The notes under the pieces are model-generated. The model was given only the letters and a program-made list of their open reading frames with translations. It was not told the DNA's origin and did no database searches. This document shows positions 20,652 through 28,128 of a stretch of DNA of 32,000 nt, piece after piece. Made by a program: the position numbers and the translations under genes. This DNA comes from Candidatus Saccharimonadota bacterium. GTDB taxonomy: Bacteria > Patescibacteriota > Gracilibacteria > BD1-5 > UBA6164. How positions within the stretch are numbered: position 1 is the first letter of the stretch; the number at the start of each line of letters is the position of its first letter. Where the stretch lies: contig OZ245768.1 in NCBI GenBank assembly GCA_965227835.1, positions 510,001 to 542,000 of the forward strand, read 5' to 3'.

Positions 20652-22172
20652 TTATAGACTATTTAAATACATAAGATAAACAAAAAAACTAGCAAAAAAA
20701 ACTTGTATAATCATAGAAGGAAGACCTACCTTTAAGTATTGCATAAAAGATAAATAAATTTTATTTTTAGCTAAAACTCAAGCAGCAACTAAGTTAGCAC
20801 TAGCTCAAATTAAAGTTCAATTTCATCAAAAACAAGCTCAAAGAGCCAAAGCCCACCATAAAAAAGAAGCATCAAATCAAGCTCATCAATAATGAGCTAT
20901 CAAATTAGCAACAACAGGCAACATAACAGCAGTAAATGGTATATTATCAAGAAGTGCTGAGAATATAGCTGAAACCCAAAGTATTACAAGAGCACATAAA
21001 AGCAAATTTTCTCAAAAATTAAGTTTTATCAAATTAGCAACTAAATCTAGGATTCAGGTATTTTCCAAAGCTCATACTATCATAAATAAAAATACGAAGA
21101 AAGCTAAAACCAACCATTCCACATCTTTGGAAAAAGAATTATGTATAGCCTCTTCCATAACTTCTTTATTTTTTCAAAACTTCCTCCTCATAAGCCTATC
21201 TCTACAAAACATCAAAAAAGCAGCTCACATCAAGGCAGGAACGGTAGCAGGCATATGTAAACTTGAATGTAATAAAAAGAAGATTATAACAAAAACTAAA
21301 CTTAAACCAGAAAAAAATAAAAGTTTTTTATGTTTTATTTTGTATTCATTTCTCATTTTGGATATGAGACTATCCACATCTTTTATCTCCAGAGCATTTT
21401 TAAGATTCTTATTAAAAACCAAATACATATTTATACACAAGATTAAACTTATAAATAAGACAGGTAAACCCATATTTCTCAAAAAATCATTAAATGAAAG
21501 CCCAGCAAAACTTCAAATCATTATATTTGGTGGATCTCAAATAAGTGTAGCAGCTCCTCAAAGGTTAGAAGCAATTATCATAGGTATTACAAAACTTATA
21601 GGATTAATTTTAAATATATTTGCTATTTTTATAGCTATGGGGGTTATAAGTATTATAGTTGTAACATTATCCAAAAAGGCAGAAAGAACTCATGTAGTTA
21701 TTATAAAGAGGAAAAAAAGCTTGAATATATTTCATCTAGATATTTCAAATAGTTTGAAAGCTAACCATTCAAAAACATTTGTTTGAGCTAAGACTCAAAC
21801 TATTATCATCATGGATAAAAGAAGTCATATAACTTCTCAATCTATACTTCTAAAAGCATCTTCTAGTGTAAGAATTTTGAACTCTGGTACTAAATTTCAA
21901 AATGTATATGTAAAGAAAATAAGAACACTTGCTATAAGAAATACAACCAAAGTTCTTTGTATTTTTTCACTAGCGACAAGTGTTATAGTAAGAAACATAA
22001 CTAAAGTAAGCAAAAGTCCTATCATAGGATTATCAACATAGGAAGAAACCATTTCTTGACCTCAAGAGTAAGCAATAGTTTGATTTATGAAAGAAAATAA
22101 GAAATAAAAAAAGAATATAATTTTTGAAAAATATCCTATTTTTTTTAGAAGTTTGAATAACCCATGTTCCAT
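20652..22172 (-). CDS. ArsB/NhaD-superfamily anion/ion permease (506 aa)
   Basis: A polytopic membrane protein with the duplicated signature FLDNVTTIILITPI..ASNLGGAATLIGDPPNIMI and LLDNIPFTAVMLP..LGACFGGNGTLIGASANLV. The frame was verified codon by codon from 20930 to the TAA at 20652-20654. Track ORF 21225-21482 is in frame. Confidence 0.82.
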
Positions 22173-22253
22173 AAAATTTAATTATTTGTTTTCAATAATT
22201 TAAAAGCTCGTATTTTTTAATAATTTAATTTTTAAAGTCAAAAGAAAAAAATG

Positions 22254-22290
22254 AAAAAATTATAAAAAGCCTCCATTTTAATGGAGGCTT
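22254..22290 (-). terminator. rho-independent terminator after the 89-aa gene
   Basis: AAGCCTCCAT-TTTA-ATGGAGGCTT is a perfect 10-bp stem. On the minus strand it is followed by TTTATAATTTTTT. Confidence 0.8.
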
Positions 22291-22342
22291 ATAGTGTAAA
22301 GACTAGTTGATATACCAGAATTAAATCTAATTATCTAACTGA

Positions 22343-22612
22343 TTAATCATCTATATGAGGTTGAATTCTAGGTCTATTCAATTCAGTAATAGCAGACTCA
22401 TTAAGCCGTTCACTGACAGTTTCTATAAGTCTACAATTAAAATCAACTTCAATTACTATTCTATCAAAAAATTGACATGAAGAACAATTTTCAGGAATAT
22501 CTAATTTTTCAATTTCCCTACTTTGAACCTCTACAACCAAATCTTTCTCCTTAAATGGATTACAAGGTTTGAAAACCACATAAGTTTTTACTTCTTTACT
22601 AAGAATTTCCAT
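22343..22612 (-). CDS. small Cys-containing hypothetical protein (89 aa)
   Basis: Intact in either code: MEILSKEVKTYVVFKPCNPF...ENCSSCQFFDRIVIEVDFNC.... It has a strong SD (AAAAAGGAGTTAAATA-ATG), its own TTGACA-N16-TATATT promoter and a strong terminator. It contains no Gly and no TGA. Confidence 0.7.
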   Translation of the reverse strand: MEILSKEVKTYVVFKPCNPFKEKDLVVEVQSREIEKLDIPENCSSCQFFDRIVIEVDFNCRLIETVSERLNESAITELNRPRIQPHIDD

Positions 22613-22668
22613 TATTTAACTCCTTTTTAGTGATTTTAATTTTTGATCTCTGTAATGAGAACATAGCC

Positions 22669-22696
22669 AATATAATTAAATTTTAATTAATGTCAA
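22669..22696 (-). promoter_or_regulatory. sigma70-like promoter TTGACA-N16-TATATT
   Basis: On the minus strand, TTGACA is at 22696..22691 and TATATT at 22674..22669, about 57 nt upstream of ATG 22612. Confidence 0.6.
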
Positions 22697-22778
22697 ATTT
22701 TTTGCTTGGAATATAATTCAAAACTCCCAGTTTTAAAAAGTCATTATTTTATCCTGAAAAAGAAATTTTTATAGTTAT

Positions 22779-23633
22779 CTACAAAAATAAAGCTAAACTA
22801 ATAGCAGTAAAAATAAAAGCTAATATTTTTTTGGCAGTTAGTTTTTCTTTGAAAAAAATAACAGAAAGCAAGATAGGAACTATTATGGAATATGAAAGTA
22901 TTTTATAAGATAAAGACAAAGTTCAAAGTATATAAATATTAGGTAGTATATACAAGAAATACGAAACAAATATTAAACAACTAAAAAAAGCATAAACAAA
23001 AACTTTTTTCACTTCTTTTTTATTAAAATTTACAAACTTTTTTCTTATAAACATATATAAAACAATAAGGAAAAAGGTTACAATAAATTTAAAAAACACG
23101 TATGATGGTATATCTACATCTTCTACAATATATTTAAAATAAGATTGTCATCAAACAATTCAAATTATAGTAAATGTAACACCCAAAATTCATTTTTTAT
23201 GTATTTTGTGTTTTTCTTTAAAACTAAATCAAGATAAAAAATACAAAGCAATTAATCAAAGAAAAAATCATATAATGTTATAAAAACTTAAACTATCTCA
23301 TAAAACATAAATTCATATGTATAAAATCAAAAATGAAGATATAAGCCTTATTGAAATAAAGGTAAATGATGAATCCAAATATTTTAATGCTATAAGCATT
23401 CAGACAGGGACTAAAAAATCAAAGAATCAAATTATAAAAGCTGATCCTAATAAACTGGTATTAATTATTTTATCAGCAAAAAAAATATAGTTTATTCATA
23501 ACACAAATACATAAAAAACAAAGCATATAAACAAAAATATATCTTTATCTCATCATTTTTTTAACATTAATTTTTTTATAAAATCTCCAAATCATAAAAA
23601 AATTAAACCAAAAATTGCATATATAAACCACAT
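22779..23633 (-). CDS. EamA/DMT-superfamily transporter-like membrane protein (284 aa)
   Basis: About 10 predicted hydrophobic helices in two halves (MWFIYAIFGLIFLGFGDFIKK... and ...ILGVTFTIIGIVGGQSYFKY...), the layout of drug/metabolite transporters. The assignment rests on topology and weak motif resemblance. Confidence 0.55.
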
Positions 23634-23669
23634 ATTTATTTTTTAAGAATTTATTATTAATAAATAAGT

Positions 23670-24512
23670 CTATTTTCTCTTTTTCCTTATTAGAGAGGAA
23701 TAATTAGGGTCATCTGCATATTTCTCTGATAAATCATTAATTTTATAGTAATTTCTTGCATCTTTTAAAGTTAGGCTTGTATCTATAAATCATAAGTCAT
23801 AAGCTATTTCATCACTATTTGATGGTAAAAATATTTTTTTAGACCAAGGTATCTTCTTTTTTCAATAATTTTCCATTACAAAGTTTACATGTTTCAAAAT
23901 ACTAGTAATACATGTATTGGTTATAGTATTATAAAACTCTGGGTCTTTAGAGAGTTTATCAGCTCTTTTTAATACTAATTTAAAAAGTTCTTTTATTTTA
24001 TTTTTTTCTATTTTAATTGGGTAAAGAAAAACATCATTTTTCCTATAATTAGCCCTAAGTTTTATAAGGTCTTTTTCATCTCATAAAATATATACAATTT
24101 CATATTTATTCAAAAGACCTAAAAATGGACTATAACTCTCTCAAACTTCTTTTCTAATTTCAGCAGATACAGCAAGAAAACTTTTATCACTAAATCAAAA
24201 AGATAGCATTGTATGAGCTGGTCAGTTATAATCAGAAAAAGGTTCAATCATATAATAAACTGACTCTAGTTCTTCTAAGCTATATTTTTTATCATAATAA
24301 TAAGGTTCATAATCATTTTCACTATTGTATTTAAAGTTTCTGATGTTTTTAATATCAACAGTGTTTCAAAAAAAGATTATCTCTGAAAGTATTTTTTGAT
24401 CTAAGGACCAGTTTCTATCTAGTGATGGTTTTGGGATTATAAATATAAAAAATAAAGGTATTAAAAATAAGAAAAACATAAATATTTTTTTTATTCTATT
24501 TTTAGAAAACAT
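23670..24512 (-). CDS. DUF4105 (Lnb N-terminal domain)-like membrane-anchored protein (280 aa)
   Basis: N-terminal anchor IFMFFLFLIPLFFIFII, then LDRNWSLDQ, EPFSDYNGPAHTMLSFGF, AVSAEIRKE and FYNTITNTCITS. The motif order is as I recall it for DUF4105. Confidence 0.5.
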
Positions 24513-24648
24513 AAAAGAAAAATTAAAGAATCAAAGTAAAGATAGCAGAAAAATAATTAGTAAAATTTAAAGTAAATATATAAAAAATAAACAAAAAAGC
24601 TATTTATAATAATAGTTTCATTACAAATAGTTTTATAAAAACTTTCTA

Positions 24649-24677
24649 TTGACAAAATAAATATTTATATATAATAT
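24649..24677 (+). promoter_or_regulatory. sigma70-like promoter TTGACA-N17-TAATAT
   Basis: TTGACA at 24649-24654 and TAATAT at 24672-24677, about 37 nt upstream of ATG 24714. Confidence 0.55.
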
Positions 24678-24713
24678 AAGTTATAAATCAAGGAAAATTT
24701 AAATTTAAGTCAT

Positions 24714-25463
24714 ATGTCATTCAATAAAACTCGTGTATATCAGTCTCATCAGATGGAAGAAGCTTACGAAAATGAGATTAATCTTACAAAGCAAAATATA
24801 AATAAAAGATCACATATCATAATAGGTATGGTTGGTTATTCTAGTCTTAAAAATGATCAAGTTGAATTATGATGAGCTACAACAAATCAATATGAAGAAA
24901 TATGTTCAGAAATTTATTTAGCAATTATAGAGGCTATAAAAGATTCTTTTCCTAATACAGAAATTATGAGTATAGATGGTGCTTCTGATATGTGAATTGA
25001 TAAAGTACTTATAGATACAAGATTAAAAAATGATATGAAGTGACTTAGTTTTACTTGTCCTGAATATATAGAATATGTTTGAGATATTGAAAATAATGCT
25101 TTGTTAGTATCTTGTGATGCAGATACTTACCTTCATAACTATTCAAGATGTAGTGATATAATGATTGTTGCAGGATGAAGAGATTCAGCTTACTGGAAAA
25201 ATCATTTAGTTTCTAAATTTACACCACCTTTTTGAAACTCTATTTCACCTGTTTTTGATCCTATTTCGCTTATTACTTGAAAAAATGATTTGGAATTTTA
25301 TGAAACTGGAGATGCTTTTTCAAAAGGGAAAATTCTAAATGCATCAAAGACAATTATGCAAAAAAACGATATGAAACAAGATGAGAATGTAAAAGTTGCA
25401 ATAAATCGTATATCATGAGAAGTGCTTAAATTTTTATGAGAAGTAGACTTTTTGGAGAGTTAA
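24714..25463 (+). CDS. hypothetical protein, divergent LOG/SLOG-like Rossmann fold (249 aa)
   Basis: Element order parallels LOG proteins, but both signature motifs are altered. IIIGMVGYS corresponds to beta1. IMSIDGASDMGIDKVLID sits in place of GGGxxGxMG. SDIMIVAGGRDSAYW sits in place of PGGxGTxxE. This is an eyeball alignment only. Confidence 0.4.
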
Positions 25464-25483
25464 GGTGGTTTTAAAAAATTATT

Positions 25484-25510
25484 TTGACATATAAAAATTT
25501 TAGTTATAAT
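25484..25510 (+). promoter_or_regulatory. sigma70-like promoter TTGACA-N15-TATAAT
   Basis: Perfect hexamers at 25484-25489 and 25505-25510, but the spacer is a short 15 nt. If used, it implies a leader of about 225 nt before ATG 25740. Confidence 0.4.
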
Positions 25511-25650
25511 GTTTTTATAGATATAAATCTATTTTTAATTTATCAACTATAAACAATTCTTGATAAGTAATAAAAAGACTATATTAAGTATTATTTATAT
25601 GATGAAATAGTTAAAGATAGATATTCTATTTACTATCCAGTTAGTTGGAA

Positions 25651-25690
25651 TTACCAAAATATTAATAATGCATTGTTGATATTTTGGTAA
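25651..25690 (+). promoter_or_regulatory. perfect 12-bp inverted repeat TTACCAAAATAT-N16-ATATTTTGGTAA (operator or leader hairpin)
   Basis: The arms are at 25651-25662 and 25679-25690. Further TTACCAAA copies lie at 25706-25713 and 25758-25765. An adjacent mini-palindrome CTCTA-ATTC-TAGAG is at 25691-25704. Confidence 0.6.
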
Positions 25691-25739
25691 CTCTAATTCT
25701 AGAGTTTACCAAATTTAAACTCAAAACTGGAGGTTCCTT

Positions 25740-25967
25740 ATGAGTATTGATAAGTATTTACCAAAAAAAATAATTTGGTTTTTAGCAATATTGGGGTTAT
25801 TTTTATTAATTGCATTTACTGTATTTATTACAGAAACCCCTTGGTCACTTCTTGGATTATTATTTATAAATATCATTAATAGAATATTCGATAAGTTTGA
25901 GACTTCATGTCCAAAATGTAACCATGAATTCACTGCTGTTCCAAAATGTTATGATGATCAATGGTAA
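25740..25967 (+). CDS. small two-TM membrane protein with a Cys-containing tail (75 aa)
   Basis: MSIDKYLPKKIIWFLAILGLFLLIAFTVFITETPWSLLGLLFINIINRIF..CPKCNHEFTAVPKC. It has a strong SD (CTGGAGGTTCCTT-ATG), is intact in either code, and is followed by a strong terminator. Confidence 0.7.
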   Translation: MSIDKYLPKKIIWFLAILGLFLLIAFTVFITETPWSLLGLLFINIINRIFDKFETSCPKCNHEFTAVPKCYDDQW

Positions 25968-25981
25968 CAGAATACTTTCTA

Positions 25982-26010
25982 AGAGAGGAGCAATCTCCTC
26001 TCTTTTTTTA
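25982..26010 (+). terminator. rho-independent terminator
   Basis: AGAGAGGAG-CAAT-CTCCTCTCT is a 9-bp stem followed by TTTTTTT. Confidence 0.85.
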
Positions 26011-26103
26011 ACTAGAATTTTAATCTAACAATAAAATTTTAATACTAATTATTTTGTAATTTTAGTACAGAGCTATATTTTTAAAAAAACAAGCTCTTTT
26101 GAT

Positions 26104-26634
26104 CTAAAACAAATCATGTAGATACATACTATGAGGAAAAATAAAAATATGCACGAATAACCAAATAAAAGATAAAAATCTAGCAGGAGAAACAAATTTA
26201 GTATATTCTCTTGCTAAAAAATATCAAAAAATTAACATTAGAGGATCAAATATGATTCTATTCGGCCAATATTCAACTCATTGAAACCAAAATTTAACAG
26301 TCTCTCAAGCAATTCAAACTTCTAAATAATGTTCGATTGTTTCCCATAAAAAAGCTAAGAAAAGTACTCAAATTAAATCAAAATATCTTGTGCTAATTAT
26401 TTTAGGATCAAATCATATTTTTCTCTCAAAAATCTTATAATTTGAGCTCATTATTAAAAATCAAACAGAAATTCAACTTAAAATATGTTCTATAGTCCAC
26501 ACATCCATAACAGCTTCTGTTTTAACTCACCATAAAGTTTTTATGTCAAAAAAGATTAAATGTATTATTATATAAAATATAAATAATAAAAAAATTACTC
26601 TTCAATAACTATTTCTAAATTTAAATATTTTCAT
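26104..26634 (-). CDS. hypothetical integral membrane protein (176 aa)
   Basis: Open under table 25 with about 4-5 hydrophobic segments (VIFLLFIFYIIIHLIFF, ISVGFLIMS, LIGVLFLAFLWETIEHYLE, FLSFIWLFVHIFIF). No family recognised. Confidence 0.55.
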
Positions 26635-26763
26635 CAAGAAGAATTATATAAAAAATAAAGCTCGAACCAGTCTTTTAATTAATTTAAGCTAATTATATTC
26701 AGTTTTATATAATTTATAAAAATATTAGACAAATCAATTTGAAGACTGAAATTTAAAATTATA

Positions 26764-27285
26764 TTATATCCTAACAGTAGAAATATCTATTATTTTCTTT
26801 ATTTCTAAGTCATGAGGAGCAAGCATATTTTTATTTTTTAAACTATTGAGTAAATTTACATAATCTTCAAATAAATGGGAAATAAATACATATTTACCCT
26901 CATCTATTAAAATGCTATCAGCTATAAAACCTATTTCCCTTATTGTTCATTCTCATCAAGGTAAAGCCAAAAATATATCTCAATCTAATTTAAATGCTTG
27001 GTTTCTTGAATAATCATCTGGAAAAAAACATATATCAATCCCATTTCATTCATCATATTTTCTATATTTTTCTAATGAATATCATTTTACTGTTATTCAA
27101 ACATCTTGAGCTGTCTTATAAACTAATCACATTACTCATTCATTCTGTCATCAAAAAAGTATTCTATCAATAGATACTTTATTTTCTACTAAAAAAATTC
27201 TCAGTCATTTTTTTAAACTTTCATAAATACTATTATCTTGTATTTTTTGACTTCAAGCAAATACAACTAAAGTAGATTTATTCAT
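26764..27285 (-). CDS. LOG-family (TIGR00730-type) nucleotide-binding / nucleoside 5-prime-monophosphate phosphoribohydrolase-like protein (173 aa)
   Basis: Both LOG signatures are present: ILFGGQNEGVMGLV (GGxxxGxMG) and FLALPGGEGTIREI (PGGxGTxxE). Several of the Gly residues are encoded by TGA. Confidence 0.8.
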
Positions 27286-27325
27286 ATATTAAAATTTTAA
27301 GTAAAAAATATTTTAAAACATAAAA

Positions 27326-27353
27326 AATATAAAAATTTTTATTTAGTTGTCAA
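27326..27353 (-). promoter_or_regulatory. sigma70-like promoter TTGACA-N16-TATATT for the LOG gene
   Basis: On the minus strand, TTGACA is at 27353..27348 and TATATT at 27331..27326, about 40 nt upstream of ATG 27285. Confidence 0.6.
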
Positions 27354-27396
27354 AAATGATAGTGGAACCATTGAACCCAGAGATAGCTTAAATAAA

Positions 27397-27418
27397 GAAA
27401 AAAACACCTCAAAAGGTG
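27397..27418 (-). terminator. rho-independent terminator (minus strand) with no assigned gene
   Basis: CACCT-TTTG-AGGTG (27405-27418) is followed on the minus strand by TTTTTTTC. It lies 200 nt beyond the terminator at 27618-27643. Confidence 0.5.
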
Positions 27419-27617
27419 CTGTTATCTGTGAATATGGTGGAACAAGTGTTACAAACCTCGAACTCCAGAATTTTCAAATTTAATTCAGTATATGCTTAAC
27501 AATCAGAAAAAGCTAATAAAGTTATACAAGGACTTAAAATTAATTTCTTTGAAAAAATGATAGAGTTGTCAAGTAACATTTTCAACCAACAAATCCATAA
27601 TATCAAAAAATATAAAT

Positions 27618-27643
27618 AAATCCACTGAAAAATCAGTGGATTT
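27618..27643 (-). terminator. rho-independent terminator after the lipoprotein gene
   Basis: AAATCCACTGA-AAAA-TCAGTGGATTT is an 11-bp stem starting 5 nt after the stop. On the minus strand it is followed by ATTTATATTTTTT. Confidence 0.75.
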
Positions 27644-27647
27644 ATAA

Positions 27648-28016
27648 TTATTCGTGTTTTCCATGTTCATCAGATCCATGATCATCGATATCTTCTCATT
27701 CATGCATTGTTTCCATATGCATATCTACATCGGACATTTCAGTATCATTCATTTCCATATCATCTTCTATCATATGAGAGTCATCTGATATATCCATCAT
27801 ATCATGACTACTATCTCCATCTGTAGAAGTATGTTTCATATGTTCTTCTATAGTCATATTCATTCTAGCCGCCGCATCTTTCATTTCTTTATATTCAGCT
27901 GTACTCATATTATATTTTTCAGCTTGTTCAGCTTCAGTTAAAGGAGCTTCTGAACCACAAGATGCTAATCATAAAGTTGCTACTAATAGTAGACTTACTA
28001 ATAAAAATTTTTTCAT
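27648..28016 (-). CDS. Met/His/Asp-rich lipoprotein, candidate metal (Cu/Ag)-binding protein (122 aa)
   Basis: Signal peptide plus lipobox MKKFLLVSLLLVATLGLASC. The mature part is rich in M, H and D: HDMMDISDDSHMIEDDMEMNDTEMSDVDMHMETMHEGEDIDDHGSDEHGKHE. It is the last gene of the cusA-containing operon. Confidence 0.7.
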
Positions 28017-28128
28017 AATAAAAATTTAAAATATAAAATAAAATTGTTTTCTAAAATATTAACCTCTTCATAGTTAGGGAGGAATATTAGAAGTTAAAAG
28101 AGTATTTTTCATGACTAAAAAAATTAAA

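Noticed and set aside
21127-21786. Longest ORF in the supplied track (219 aa, + strand) plus the neighbouring + strand ORF 21811-22041
   Set aside because: Both are antisense to the ArsB/NhaD-type permease gene (20652-22172, minus). The minus-strand table-25 translation carries the duplicated LDN..T / GG..TLIG..(P/A)N signatures. The + strand peptides are low-complexity with no motif. They appear long only because the coding strand is rich in TCA (the complement of TGA).
27350-27480. Possible tRNA, SRP RNA or riboswitch in the 27290-27647 spacer (GTTCGAGG-like T-loop on the minus strand)
   Set aside because: I could not fold a cloverleaf: there is no acceptor/T-stem complementarity around GGAGTTCGAGG. 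I also saw no SRP domain IV, RNase P or tmRNA signature sequences. It is retained only as an unassigned candidate RNA finding. No tRNA or rRNA was recognised anywhere in the window.
27567-27572. TTGACA (minus strand) as a promoter for the putative small RNA
   Set aside because: The sequence 16-18 nt downstream is AAAGAA, with no acceptable -10 hexamer. It was therefore not listed as a promoter feature.
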